DNA from: a virus | Lineage: Duplodnaviria; Caudoviricetes | Strand: one strand, 5' to 3' | Virus record (IMG/VR): IMGVR_UViG_3300012953_007464 | Span: 1 to 33,050 of that record | Length of the DNA stretch: 33,050 nucleotides | Shown: positions 1-10,251 of the stretch, piece by piece | How the letters are laid out: each line of letters begins with the position of its first letter | Numbering within the stretch: position 1 is the first letter of the stretch | Notes under the pieces: model-generated | The model's database searches: none | What the model saw: only the letters and a program-made list of their open reading frames with translations | Told to the model about the DNA's origin: nothing | Position numbers and translations under genes: made by a program

Positions 1-702
1 CTATCCCCTGAAGCACCAGTTCCAGTATTAAACCATATAAAAACAAATGAAATGCCTGGAATGGCAGGTAATGTTGCTCAAAATGCAATGGCATTTTCAA
101 AAAATGTGAAGCTTATAACACAAGCCACCGAAGTTATAAAGACAAGATATGTCGATATTAAAAGTAATCAACATATAATGAGATTTGATACGCACATTAA
201 GGTCGACCGTAAAGATGATATCTTTGTACCTGGTGAAACACAGGAGCTTAATAATGAATTTACAAAAAATTATGATATAATAATTCTATCTGATTATAAC
301 AAAGGTTTTTTACAAAAAAACCATATTACTCGATTTACTGAAAAATTACACAATAAGATATATGTCGATTCAAAAAAACAAGATATTTCTTGTTTTAAAA
401 ATGCAATTATCAAATTAAATCAAAAAGAGTACAAAGTAGCTGCTCACACAGTCGGTACAAATTCTGACGTTATCGAAACGTTGGGAGGGAAAGGAGCAAA
501 ATATAAAAATAAATTTTATCCAGCAAACACTGTAGAAGTTTTCGATGTCTCAGGGGCTGGTGATACATTTTTAGTTGCTTTTTCAATTTTTCACGTCCTT
601 ACTAAAGATGTTAAATTGTCCATTTCATTTGCAAATAAGTGTGCATCAATAGCAGTGCAGAAAAAAGGCACATATGCCTTAAAGGCGGAAGATATTACAT
701 GA
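1..702 (+). CDS. PfkB-family sugar kinase, HldE/RfaE kinase-domain-like (heptose-7-phosphate kinase-like); 5'-truncated by the window edge
   Basis: The frame is open from base 1 (LSPEAPVPV, the RfaE N-terminal signature), upstream of the track start at 52. It also has GMAGNVAQN, ILSDYNKGFL and the PfkB motif DVSGAGDTF. Confidence 0.88.
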   Translation, partial: LSPEAPVPVLNHIKTNEMPGMAGNVAQNAMAFSKNVKLITQATEVIKTRYVDIKSNQHIMRFDTHIKVDRKDDIFVPGETQELNNEFTKNYDIIILSDYNKGFLQKNHITRFTEKLHNKIYVDSKKQDISCFKNAIIKLNQKEYKVAAHTVGTNSDVIETLGGKGAKYKNKFYPANTVEVFDVSGAGDTFLVAFSIFHVLTKDVKLSISFANKCASIAVQKKGTYALKAEDIT

Positions 703-1478
703 ACAGAGATTGGGATAGGGTTTTAGCTGAAACTGACGACTGGACCGGAAGGCCGTGGGCAGATTTGGTGTGTGATAGCATCAATAAATTCACGACAGGA
801 GATGGCATTTTCTTAACACTTGGTCCTGGAATGGTGGGTACTGAAGCTTGGGTTGTAAGTGATAGATGTCCAAAAATGAAAATTTTAGGATTCGAACCAC
901 AAACAGATCGGTACAATTTTTTAAAAGATAAATTTCCAGGTGAGCTAACCAACGCGGCCGTTGCTTCCCATGACGGAACAGTGCAGGGATGGATGGGTCA
1001 CCGTGATGGAAAGTCTGATTTTTGGTTAAATGCCTCGCCTGAAAATCAACAACATTATCTACAACAACAGGTAGATACAGTGACAGTTGATAGTATATTG
1101 GAGCCTTTTCCAAGAACACCCGTTGTGTTATGGATGGATATTGAAGGTGCAGAGCTTGAAGCATTAAGAGGCGCAATTTTATCATTGTTATCTGGACAGT
1201 TTTGGTTTATAAGCATTGAATTAAATTTTGTTGCCGAAGATAATTCTCACTGTTATTGGGCTCATATTGTAGAACTTTTAAGACGTATGGGATATATTGC
1301 GTCTGCATCATCTTCCAAATGTAATGTTAAGACCAATGAGATTAATGAGCAGTATGTGTCTCTTGTTGAAACAACAGGGCATACAGATGTTTTATTCACA
1401 CTGCGTAAAGGCAACTTCCCGCGCAATTATCTATCAGCACATCTCGTCGAATATAACGGTGAATTGGAGAATAAATGA
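699..1478 (+). CDS. FkbM-family methyltransferase
   Basis: ILGFEP, NAAV and LWMDIEGAELEALRGA motifs. The ATG at 699 overlaps the upstream stop (ATGA) and is preferred over the track start at 639. Confidence 0.75.
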   Translation: MNRDWDRVLAETDDWTGRPWADLVCDSINKFTTGDGIFLTLGPGMVGTEAWVVSDRCPKMKILGFEPQTDRYNFLKDKFPGELTNAAVASHDGTVQGWMGHRDGKSDFWLNASPENQQHYLQQQVDTVTVDSILEPFPRTPVVLWMDIEGAELEALRGAILSLLSGQFWFISIELNFVAEDNSHCYWAHIVELLRRMGYIASASSSKCNVKTNEINEQYVSLVETTGHTDVLFTLRKGNFPRNYLSAHLVEYNGELENK

Positions 1479-2296
1479 AGAAAGCATATTTCGTTGCAGC
1501 CATGAAAAGATCAGGCCAGCATGGCGTTGTCAATTGGCTCGCACAACAAAATCAACATGATGCAATACATTTTAATGATTGTCATGTTGGGTGGGATCAA
1601 GGGAAACTACTACCAATGAAAGATGCTATGGCTGTATTTTATATGTGGAACACGGCCGAGCACAATCATACAATAAAGAATTATTTTCATGATTGGAAAT
1701 TAGATTTAGGAAAAAGCAAGCAACTCGTTCAGGATTTCTATACGTCATTCACTAACAATGAATTTAATAACGTTCAGTCTTGCATTTATAACGTTGAAGA
1801 TTTTGACTTAAATGTTTATGATGAGAAAAGTTTTGACAAATTTCCGCAACTTGGAAATAGGCAAAAAATACTTTTGGTTCGAAGTGCACCAAATTTTGTT
1901 GGCTCTTGTTTGCAGCGAAAGATTGATCCTCCGGATGCTGGTGCCACTGACGTTGCGGACTATCTTGTTGAAAGAATGAAATTGTGGAAACAACATGCAC
2001 GTGCGGCTCTTGATAATACAAATGACTGGTATGTCATAAAGTTTGATGAATGGTTTTCAAGCGTAGAATATAGAAAGAAAATATGCAAAGATCTAAATTT
2101 GCATTTCACAGATAACGGTTTAAATACTGTTATGAATTTTGGTAGTGGAAGCTCTTTTGATAGACAAAAATTTGATGAAAAAGCTCAGTCTATGAAGGTC
2201 TTGGAAAGATGGAAACAGTATCATGACCAGGAGGAATTGTGGTCTTATATAGATGAAGAAATATCTCAACTAAATGAAAAATTATTTGGAATTTAA
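1475..2296 (+). CDS. Putative sulfotransferase-like P-loop-fold protein
   Basis: N-terminal MKRSGQHGVVNWL resembles a 5'-PSB loop. ILLVRS resembles the 3'-PB strand, followed by IKFDEW and a C-terminal ERWK. ATGA overlap with the upstream gene. Confidence 0.55.
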   Translation: MKKAYFVAAMKRSGQHGVVNWLAQQNQHDAIHFNDCHVGWDQGKLLPMKDAMAVFYMWNTAEHNHTIKNYFHDWKLDLGKSKQLVQDFYTSFTNNEFNNVQSCIYNVEDFDLNVYDEKSFDKFPQLGNRQKILLVRSAPNFVGSCLQRKIDPPDAGATDVADYLVERMKLWKQHARAALDNTNDWYVIKFDEWFSSVEYRKKICKDLNLHFTDNGLNTVMNFGSGSSFDRQKFDEKAQSMKVLERWKQYHDQEELWSYIDEEISQLNEKLFGI

Positions 2297-2300
2297 CAAG

Positions 2301-3464
2301 ATGGATAAGACATGTGAATTCATTGAAGTTACAAATGATATTGGAGTTTGGACTGTACCAGCACAATTCGCACCACAGTCAGTTGGTGGTGATAACCCAA
2401 AAGTATCTGGTGTCATTGGCCTTACAGCTATCGGTGAACCGCATTCTGTGCATATAATAAAAGTGATGTTATGGGCTACATGGTTAAAGGAAATTGTAGC
2501 CGTAGAGTGGGATGGATTAACAGGAACATCATCATCAAGATCACAAGAACATCCTGCAATTTTCGTTGATGCTGGTGCCCACATTGGAACAGTAACAGTA
2601 CCGGTGGGTCAAGCACTTTTCGATGAGAATATAGAATCAAAATTTTATTCTATCGAGCTTTTGCCTGAAATATATCATTGTCTCACCCGCAATATTGAAA
2701 ATAACTTAAATCCTGCAGCATTGACTGTAAATGCCGCATTGACCAGCCATGAAATTGCTGACAAAGTAAAATTAGTGAATGTACCATCAATTTGTGAAGG
2801 CTGGGATTTTAATACTAAATCTGCAACAGCAGGTTGTTTTACATATTCAGTGGAAGATTTGGGTGTTGCATCTCATAAAGTACCAACAACAACAATAGAT
2901 GCACTTTTAGAAAGCGAGACATCACCAGTGACAGCAATAAAAGTTGATTGTGAAGGAACTGATTTAGATGTATTAAGAGGCGCAATTAATACAATCAAAA
3001 AATCAAGACCTGTAATTTTGTTTGAAGATAATACTGATAAATCTAAAACAAAATTTTTAATTGATAAAGAAAAAACAAAACCTGATTCATTTTGGCTTCG
3101 GGTACAAAATTTATTGAACGATGAGTTTGAGAGTTTTTTTGATGAAATAAATTACACTGTTGTTAGAAACTGGTTGTATACATCATGGTCGGAATTTGTC
3201 GCGGTTCCAAATGAGGATATAGGAAAAATTATTAAATTAGAAAATTCTGTTTTCAATGATATTCAGCCAGGTGACTATCACTCATCAGAATGGAGATGGA
3301 AATCACATCCTGACCTTCCACAATATCAACAGCTTGCAAATATATTATACTCAATATTCCACTCATGGGGAGAAAAACAAACTAAAAAATGGTTTAGAGA
3401 ACATGAAGAAATAGTCGATGAGAATGATTTTTATGATTACGTAAAGGAGTTACTTAAATGTTAA
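2301..3464 (+). CDS. FkbM-family methyltransferase with C-terminal extension
   Basis: FVDAGAHIGTVT, NAAL and IKVDCEGTDLDVLRGA...RPVILFE motifs. The ATG at 2301 is preferred; the track start is 2274. Confidence 0.8.
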   Translation: MDKTCEFIEVTNDIGVWTVPAQFAPQSVGGDNPKVSGVIGLTAIGEPHSVHIIKVMLWATWLKEIVAVEWDGLTGTSSSRSQEHPAIFVDAGAHIGTVTVPVGQALFDENIESKFYSIELLPEIYHCLTRNIENNLNPAALTVNAALTSHEIADKVKLVNVPSICEGWDFNTKSATAGCFTYSVEDLGVASHKVPTTTIDALLESETSPVTAIKVDCEGTDLDVLRGAINTIKKSRPVILFEDNTDKSKTKFLIDKEKTKPDSFWLRVQNLLNDEFESFFDEINYTVVRNWLYTSWSEFVAVPNEDIGKIIKLENSVFNDIQPGDYHSSEWRWKSHPDLPQYQQLANILYSIFHSWGEKQTKKWFREHEEIVDENDFYDYVKELLKC

Positions 3465-4216
3465 TATGTTACCCACATGGTCTTGGTGACTGTGTATTGC
3501 TTACACCAGCGATTAGAGAATATTATTTTGCAACAGGGAACAAAGTGTCCGTTGCCACCTTAGAGCGGTTTAAGTCAGCAAAGTTTTTTGACTATAATCC
3601 GTATGTAGACAAGGTTTTTTATACAAAGGATGCTTGGTTAGATTATCCTGATTTTGAAACTGGAACAAAAGAAGTTTATGCCAGTTGTGTAGAAATTGCA
3701 AAGCAAAATGGAATTGTGCAAGTTGCATTTCCAAGACACAAAGCATATAAGGAAAAAATACTTTCTAACTACGTAGACCTTGGAATGAAAGCATGCGTTA
3801 ATCCAACTACCGAAATTTATACCAGCGATGCTGATATCAAAAATGCAGAATCTATGATTGAAAAGCTCATTGGCAACAATCGCTTTGGTTTTATTCAAAC
3901 GTCAACAGGCGTCCCTAAGAAAGATCTTCCTGATGGATATGGAAAAAAATGGCTAAAGAAAAATAAAGGTTTGGAACACTTTATTGAGCTTGGTATTGAT
4001 TTTGACCCACTGTCTATGCCAATTACAACACAGTTTGAAATTATGAGAAGGGCATCAGCCGTATGCTTACCAGATTCTGTTTTTTATCATGCTTGTGCAG
4101 CCATAAACAAGCCAGTTGATTTTGTTTATTTTGCAAAAGGTAAGGAAGTATATGATAGGGTTCGACCATTGCATACTCAAAAGCAGAATATAAAATATAA
4201 ACTTGATGAGGTTTAG
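3458..4216 (+). CDS. Glycosyltransferase, GT9 (heptosyltransferase)-like
   Basis: N-terminal HGLGDCVLLTPAIRE, NPYVDKV and C-terminal PDSVFYHACAAINKP match GT9 signatures. AAGGAG ribosome-binding site upstream. Confidence 0.75.
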   Translation: MLICYPHGLGDCVLLTPAIREYYFATGNKVSVATLERFKSAKFFDYNPYVDKVFYTKDAWLDYPDFETGTKEVYASCVEIAKQNGIVQVAFPRHKAYKEKILSNYVDLGMKACVNPTTEIYTSDADIKNAESMIEKLIGNNRFGFIQTSTGVPKKDLPDGYGKKWLKKNKGLEHFIELGIDFDPLSMPITTQFEIMRRASAVCLPDSVFYHACAAINKPVDFVYFAKGKEVYDRVRPLHTQKQNIKYKLDEV

Positions 4217-4221
4217 ATAAC

Positions 4222-5109
4222 ATGAAGATATTTTTTGTTGCAGTGTTTGATGATGAAGGTAAATCAACAAATAACTCTCAATCTAGAGGGTTTAAATCCG
4301 CTGGTCATGATGTTTATCAATATTCATTTCGTGACAGAGCTCGCCTAATAGGTGATACAAATCGTGATCTTGAAATAAGGGATATTGTTATAGAACAAAA
4401 TCCAGATCTTGTTGTATTTTCAAAATGTGCGGAGCTTTCTGTTGATACAATTAAGTTTATCTCTGATAGATATAAAACCTGTTATTGGTACATGGATCCG
4501 CTGACTTCTCTTCGAGAAGATTATCTTGTAAAAGCATCAAGCTGTACATATGCTGTAACTGCAGTACCAAATACTGTTGATGCCTTTAAGAAAGTAAATA
4601 ATAATACATTTTTAGTCTATGAAGGGTTTGATCACACAATAGATCAACCGATTAAGGGAGAGAAGCAATTTGACGCTTCATTTATAGGTTCGCTGCATTC
4701 ATCGAGAAAAGAAATGTTGTCGAATATTCATCCAAATATTGCTCACATTACTGGTGCTTATGGTGCTGATCATGCTCGTGCCGTCAGCGCATCAAGAATA
4801 AACATAAACATATCAACATCAGGAGGAGCATCAGATAGAGTGTTCAAGGTTCTTGCAGCCGGTGGGTTTCTGTTGACTACTGATTGGGACGGCCGCGAAA
4901 AATTGTTTAAAGACAAAAAGCATTTAGCAATATTTTCAGATAAAAAAGACCTTCAGAATAAGATACAATATTATTTGGCAAATCAAGATGAACTTGAGTC
5001 AATTGCAAACGCTGGCTTAAAAGAGGTTCAAAAATACAATAGAGAAAAATGGGCTTTGGAGATAGTCAGGATACTCGAGGAGGAGATAAACAATGAAACA
5101 AAAAGTTAA
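4222..5109 (+). CDS. CgeB-like (GT-B, Glyco_trans_1_2) glycosyltransferase
   Basis: FDASFIGS, SRININ, SDRVFKVLAAGGFLLT and KIQYYL...IANAG motifs. Confidence 0.8.
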   Translation: MKIFFVAVFDDEGKSTNNSQSRGFKSAGHDVYQYSFRDRARLIGDTNRDLEIRDIVIEQNPDLVVFSKCAELSVDTIKFISDRYKTCYWYMDPLTSLREDYLVKASSCTYAVTAVPNTVDAFKKVNNNTFLVYEGFDHTIDQPIKGEKQFDASFIGSLHSSRKEMLSNIHPNIAHITGAYGADHARAVSASRININISTSGGASDRVFKVLAAGGFLLTTDWDGREKLFKDKKHLAIFSDKKDLQNKIQYYLANQDELESIANAGLKEVQKYNREKWALEIVRILEEEINNETKS

Positions 5110-6112
5110 TGTTGCAGTTATAGGTGCAGGTTATTGGGGAAAGAATATAATAAGAAATTTTGCAAATAATCCAAAAACAAATTTGGTTTTAATTTGTGAT
5201 TCTAATAATGATAGAGCAGTCAAGCTAAGGGACACATATTCACCTGGCACTGCGGTCACAGATTCTGTTGGCTATGTGATGCAGAGAGATGACATTGACG
5301 CTGTTAGCATTGTAACACCTGTTTATACTCATTTTGACATCGCGAGAGAAGCATTAAAATCAGGAAAGCATGTTTTAATTGAAAAGCCAATGTCCATGTT
5401 ATATTCTGAGGCATCGAAGCTTGTTAGGCTGGCCAATGATAAAAATCTTAATGTTATGTGTGATCATACTTTTTGTTATTCTGCACCCGCTAGAAAGATA
5501 AGGGAATTAATCCAGTCCGGAGAGATTGGTCAACTTTTACAAATCAATTCATCGAGATGCAACTTAGGATTGCTACAGACTGATGTTAATGTGTTGTGGG
5601 ATTTAGCGCCACACGATATTTCAATTGTCAATTATGTTACAGGCCAACAGGAAACACCTGTTTCGGTCAGAGCCTATGGAAAAACAATTCCTGGTTATAA
5701 CCATGAGGTTGATGCAATGTTGTCAATTGAATACAAGTCTGGCCTCCACGTTAACGTTCATAATAGCTGGTTATATCCAATTAAAACAAGAAAGATGTCT
5801 TTTGTGGGAACTAAAAAGATGATTATGTGGGATGATTTAGCCAACAACAAAGTGCAGCTCCTGGACAAGGGTGTTGACGTAATAAACCATAAGAAATTTG
5901 AATACTATGACAATTCAACAAAAGATGTTGAACTTGAGGATTTAGAACCATTAGCTTTGATGGTTGATGAATTTGTTTCTTCTATTATTGAAGAGCGCAC
6001 TCCGTTGTCTAGCGGTGTTGAAGGCTTAAAAACGATTCAGCTTTTAGAATCTGCAAAGAAATCAATTCACCGCGGTTCAACAATATTGATTGGCAATAAA
6101 AATGATCGGTAA
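5093..6112 (+). CDS. Gfo/Idh/MocA-family oxidoreductase (WbpB/WlbA-like sugar 3-dehydrogenase)
   Basis: VIGAGYWG Rossmann motif, GKHVLIEKPM and WDLAPHDIS. Strong AGGAGG upstream; adjacent to acetyltransferase and aminotransferase genes. Confidence 0.88.
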   Translation: MKQKVNVAVIGAGYWGKNIIRNFANNPKTNLVLICDSNNDRAVKLRDTYSPGTAVTDSVGYVMQRDDIDAVSIVTPVYTHFDIAREALKSGKHVLIEKPMSMLYSEASKLVRLANDKNLNVMCDHTFCYSAPARKIRELIQSGEIGQLLQINSSRCNLGLLQTDVNVLWDLAPHDISIVNYVTGQQETPVSVRAYGKTIPGYNHEVDAMLSIEYKSGLHVNVHNSWLYPIKTRKMSFVGTKKMIMWDDLANNKVQLLDKGVDVINHKKFEYYDNSTKDVELEDLEPLALMVDEFVSSIIEERTPLSSGVEGLKTIQLLESAKKSIHRGSTILIGNKNDR

Positions 6113-6581
6113 TTTCTCAACAGTGACTAAAGACGTTGTTTTGGGCAATAACGTAAAAGTGTTTCATTATGTTAACTTATATGGCTGTGAGATAGGTGAT
6201 GATACAAAAATAGGTTCTTATGTTGAAGTTCAAGCTGGTGCAAAAATTGGGAAAAGATGCAAGATATCAAGCCATACATTTATTTGTGATGGTGTAACAA
6301 TTGGTGATAATTGTTTTGTTGGTCACGGTGTAATGTTTATAAATGACAGAAATCCAAAGTCAGTAAATTCAGAGGGTGATCTTGCTGGAAGTAATGATTG
6401 GTTAATGGAAAAAACAAGCATTGGAGATAATGTTAGCATAGGAACCGGTGCTATCATAATGTGTGGTATCTCAATCGGCAATAATAGTGTCGTAGGGGCA
6501 GGGGCTGTTGTGACAAAAGATGTTCCAAATAATTGTACTGTTGTTGGTGTACCAGCTAGAATTAATGTAAGAGGTTGTTAA
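6102..6581 (+). CDS. Hexapeptide-repeat N-acyltransferase (WbpD/WlbB-like)
   Basis: Left-handed beta-helix repeats, KISSHTFICDGVTIGDNCFVGHGVMFIND and C-terminal VGAGAVVTKDVP...VGVPAR. ATG at 6102 (track start 6090). Confidence 0.88.
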   Translation: MIGNFSTVTKDVVLGNNVKVFHYVNLYGCEIGDDTKIGSYVEVQAGAKIGKRCKISSHTFICDGVTIGDNCFVGHGVMFINDRNPKSVNSEGDLAGSNDWLMEKTSIGDNVSIGTGAIIMCGISIGNNSVVGAGAVVTKDVPNNCTVVGVPARINVRGC

Positions 6582-6582
6582 T

Positions 6583-7689
6583 ATGAATGTTCCATTTGTT
6601 GATTTAAGAAAACAAAATGCTCAAGTAAAAGATGAAATTTTGGAAATGTGGGCTGAAATTCTAGATACGGCAGGTTTTGTTGGGGGCAAGTATGTAAAAC
6701 AATTTGAAGATCAATTTGCCGAAATGTGCAACACCAAACATTGCATCGCTGTAAGCTCCGGAACAGATGCGTTGGTAGCCGGCCTGTGGGGCTTGGGAGT
6801 CAAACCAGGCGATGAGATAATTGTACCGGCAAACACATTTATTGCAACTATTGAAGCAATTCAGAATTTAGGCGCAATTCCAGTTTTAGCTGATTGTGAA
6901 TTACAAACATGGAATATAGATGTAGGCAAAGCCAGAGAGAAAATCACCAATAAGACAGTTGGTATAATTGGGGTACACTTATATGGCCAACCATGCGATA
7001 TGGAGTGGCTTAGAAATGTTTGCAACGATAATAAAATATGGTTAATGGAGGATGCCGCCCAAGGCCATCTCGCTACACTTGATGATGAGGTCTGTGGATC
7101 AATGGGTGATGTTGCTGCATTTTCTTTTTATCCTGGAAAGAATTTAGGTGCTACCGGTGAAGGCGGTGCAGTGACAACAGGTGATGCTCAAGTTGCCGAT
7201 AGAATTAGAATGTATATCAACCATGGTTCTAAACTAAAATATCACCATGTGACCCATGGGACAAATGCCAGAATGTCATCCATCATCGCCGCCGGCCTTT
7301 GTGCAAAGCTAAATAAGATAACAGAGTGGACTGAGTCCAGACGGTATGTCGCAAAACAATATTTAAGCAAAATAACAAATCCGTTAATTGAGCTTCCGCA
7401 AGTTGATGGAGGTGCAAATCCAGTTTGGCATTTGTTTGTTATCCATTGCGAAACACGTGATTTATTGGCATCTTATTTAAGCGAAAAAGGAATAGCATGT
7501 GGAATGCATTATCCCATTCCAGTTCACCTTCAAGAACAATTTTCAGGTAATCATTCAAAAGGTGATTTCCCCAACTCAGAATTTAATGCTAGCAATTGTT
7601 TGAGCATTCCAATGTTTGAATCAATGACCAAACAACAAATTGCATATGTGATTGATTCACTTAATGAATACAATGGGAGTGTTGAATAA
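6583..7689 (+). CDS. DegT/DnrJ/EryC1/StrS PLP aminotransferase (WbpE/FdtB-like, sugar C3)
   Basis: VPFVDL, VHLYGQPCDM, EDAAQGH, FSFYPGKNLGATGEGG (catalytic Lys) and HYPIPVHLQ. Confidence 0.9.
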   Translation: MNVPFVDLRKQNAQVKDEILEMWAEILDTAGFVGGKYVKQFEDQFAEMCNTKHCIAVSSGTDALVAGLWGLGVKPGDEIIVPANTFIATIEAIQNLGAIPVLADCELQTWNIDVGKAREKITNKTVGIIGVHLYGQPCDMEWLRNVCNDNKIWLMEDAAQGHLATLDDEVCGSMGDVAAFSFYPGKNLGATGEGGAVTTGDAQVADRIRMYINHGSKLKYHHVTHGTNARMSSIIAAGLCAKLNKITEWTESRRYVAKQYLSKITNPLIELPQVDGGANPVWHLFVIHCETRDLLASYLSEKGIACGMHYPIPVHLQEQFSGNHSKGDFPNSEFNASNCLSIPMFESMTKQQIAYVIDSLNEYNGSVE

Positions 7690-8423
7690 TGAAATTTTTT
7701 ATCTGGACGAGTGATAAATACGTTGATATTATTGCTGATCATGCAAAACTATTCAATATGTTTGGTGGTGAAACAATAGAAGTGACAGTTCTAGGCTTTA
7801 AGCCACCTACAAAAGAATATCCAAAGAATTTTAAATTTCAGTCATGCGGTGCGCAAGAAGACTTTCCAGGAAAAGTCTGGTCTGAGCCAATAAGAAAATT
7901 TATTGAAGATGTTGAGGAAAAGTATTTTTGTTTTACGTGGGATGACATGTTTCCTATTTGTGAATTCAAACATGAACTTTTTCAAGAGGCTATTCATCTA
8001 GTAGAGAGTGATCAGGCATCTAGGGTTGGTTTTTTCTTTGGTAGTGATAAGCAATATAGAACATCTGAACCCTTTAATGAAAATTTCAATAAACTATCCC
8101 AGTTTACCCCATATCGAAGTGCAGTTGAGCCAGGCGTCTGGAATAAAGAATACTTTTTAAAGCATTTGCATGAAAATATGACACCATGGGATTATGAAGT
8201 TAAAAATATGCCAGCAATGACAAATGATGGTGCAGTACAACTTATTCCAAAGCACACACCAATTTATGGATGGGTTAACATGTTTCGTCAAGGCAAGTTT
8301 AATGATGTAATGTGGAATAACTACACTTCCAGTCCTACCGGTCATTTTGCGTGGAATACATTTCAGCAGCTTACACCTGAGGTTGCCAAAATTGTTGAAT
8401 CATATAAAGGAAAGATAATATGA
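7689..8423 (+). CDS. Hypothetical protein, possible GT-A-like glycosyltransferase
   Basis: TSDKY start, hydrophobic strand followed by WDD, then VWNKEY and TPWDYE. This pattern recurs in polysaccharide-locus proteins. TAATG coupling to the upstream gene. Confidence 0.45.
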   Translation: MKFFIWTSDKYVDIIADHAKLFNMFGGETIEVTVLGFKPPTKEYPKNFKFQSCGAQEDFPGKVWSEPIRKFIEDVEEKYFCFTWDDMFPICEFKHELFQEAIHLVESDQASRVGFFFGSDKQYRTSEPFNENFNKLSQFTPYRSAVEPGVWNKEYFLKHLHENMTPWDYEVKNMPAMTNDGAVQLIPKHTPIYGWVNMFRQGKFNDVMWNNYTSSPTGHFAWNTFQQLTPEVAKIVESYKGKII

Positions 8424-9529
8424 AAATACCACAATTTATGCCAATGCTTGGTGAAGAAGAATTAAATTCAATAAAAGATTGTTTTGATGCAAATTGGTTC
8501 ACCGAAGGTCCAAAAGCAAAAGCATTTAAAGAAAAGCTTCTTGAGTTAACTGGAGCAAAGTATGGAGAATTCGCACCAAATGGCACACTTGCAATTTATC
8601 TTGCATTAAAAGCAGCCGGCATCGGCCCTGGTGATGAAGTGCTTGTGCCTAACTTTACTTTCATTGCATCAGCAAATTCAGTTCTTATGGTAGGGGCAAC
8701 CCCGGTGTTTGTTGATGTTGATTGTAATCTACAGATTGATATTGAAGAGTGTAAGAAGAAATTAAGCTCCACCACAGCTGCAATCATGCCGGCTCATATG
8801 TACGGAACATGTGGCGATATGGAGGCTATTATTAATTTTGCAAAAGAGCATGAGCTTGTTGTCGTTGAAGATGCAGCCCAAGCTCTTGGTGTTTACTGGA
8901 ATGGAAAACATGCAGGTACATTTGGAGATGTTGGCACATTTTCTTTCTTTGCCGACAAGACAATAACTTGTGGCGAAGGTGGTTTTGTAGTCACTAATGA
9001 TGAAAAGATTGCTGAAGAGCTAATTTACTTAAGGAATCAAGGTAGAATAAACAGAGGTACATTTGTTCATCCTGCAGTTGGTTTTAATTTTAGGATAACA
9101 GACATCCATGCGGCAATTGGTCTTGTACAGTTTGGTAAATTGGGTTGGATTAGGGAAAGAAAGCTAGAAATATACAATAAATACAAAGAAAGACTTGGTG
9201 ATTTAGACCGCTTTGTGTTTTTTGAACCAATGAAAGAATCAACGTTTATACCTTTTAGAGTTTGCATAATTGATAAACAACTAAAATCTAGTGAAGTGAT
9301 AGAAAAGTTAAAGATAGCAGGTGTTGAACCAAGAACGTTTTTCTATCCATTGCATAAGCAACCCTGCTTTTCAGATCTTGTCGATCAATATGATTATACA
9401 GATGAAGATTTCAAAATGTCAAATAACATGTATGATGGTGGAATATGTTTACCAACATTTTTACAGATTACTGATGAAGAAATTTCTTATATTTGTGATG
9501 TATTAAGGAGAAACTATGTCAGTGTATGA
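8420..9529 (+). CDS. DegT-family aminotransferase, GDP-perosamine synthase-like
   Basis: NGTLAIYLAL, HMYG, EDAAQALG, FSFFADKTITCGEGG, GFNFRITD, RTFFYPLHKQP and GICLP motifs; gmd lies nearby. Confidence 0.8.
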   Translation: MKIPQFMPMLGEEELNSIKDCFDANWFTEGPKAKAFKEKLLELTGAKYGEFAPNGTLAIYLALKAAGIGPGDEVLVPNFTFIASANSVLMVGATPVFVDVDCNLQIDIEECKKKLSSTTAAIMPAHMYGTCGDMEAIINFAKEHELVVVEDAAQALGVYWNGKHAGTFGDVGTFSFFADKTITCGEGGFVVTNDEKIAEELIYLRNQGRINRGTFVHPAVGFNFRITDIHAAIGLVQFGKLGWIRERKLEIYNKYKERLGDLDRFVFFEPMKESTFIPFRVCIIDKQLKSSEVIEKLKIAGVEPRTFFYPLHKQPCFSDLVDQYDYTDEDFKMSNNMYDGGICLPTFLQITDEEISYICDVLRRNYVSV

Positions 9530-10250
9530 TTCAATGTCTGCTGTTTATGATGGTATTTTTGAAACAAAAAAATATGAACTTGAAGTTCAACAAATTTTAG
9601 GCTTAATTAAGAAGAGAAATTCTGGCTTAAGCGTAATTGACATTGGGTGTGGTACTGGAAATCATGCTAAATTTTTTAATAAAAAAGTAAAGTATGAAGG
9701 TATTGACGTTAATGCTCAAATGATCAAGAAAGCACGTCAGAAAAAGCTTAACGTTAGTTTTTATGCAGAATCTTTGGACAGTTTTTCAAGTAAAAATTCG
9801 TCTAATTATAATGTAGCTGTTTCATTGTTTAGCGTAATAAATCACTTGCTGGATACAGAGTCATTAATTACATTTTTTAAGAATGTTAACAAAGTATTAA
9901 AGAAAGACTCACATTTTATCTTTGATTGCTGGAATGGTTATGCAGCGATAAGGGATCATCCTAAAAAAGAAGTTAGAAATTATAGTGGAGACACCCTTAC
10001 TCTTACACCTACCGTAGATCCATTCAAACAGACAGTTGATATAGAATATAGCTTAATCGCATCAAAAGGATTTGATAAGCTGTGGGAAGATAACCTTACA
10101 ATGACATTGTGGACACCAAAAACAATTTATGATTGCTTAAATATTGCTGGATTTACTGTGGCTAGTGTTTCATCTGGTTTTGGTAAACAAAAATTATTAG
10201 ATTTCGCAAAGCCTGAAGATTATAAGCTGCTATTCCACTGCAGGAAATAA
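9516..10250 (+). CDS. Class I SAM-dependent methyltransferase (possible amino-sugar N-methyltransferase)
   Basis: YD...Y..E N-terminus, VIDIGCGTGNH, GIDVNAQMI, SLFSVINH and FIFDCWNG. Overlaps the aminotransferase gene; AAGGAG upstream. Confidence 0.8.
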   Translation: MSVYDSMSAVYDGIFETKKYELEVQQILGLIKKRNSGLSVIDIGCGTGNHAKFFNKKVKYEGIDVNAQMIKKARQKKLNVSFYAESLDSFSSKNSSNYNVAVSLFSVINHLLDTESLITFFKNVNKVLKKDSHFIFDCWNGYAAIRDHPKKEVRNYSGDTLTLTPTVDPFKQTVDIEYSLIASKGFDKLWEDNLTMTLWTPKTIYDCLNIAGFTVASVSSGFGKQKLLDFAKPEDYKLLFHCRK

Positions 10251-10251
10251 G

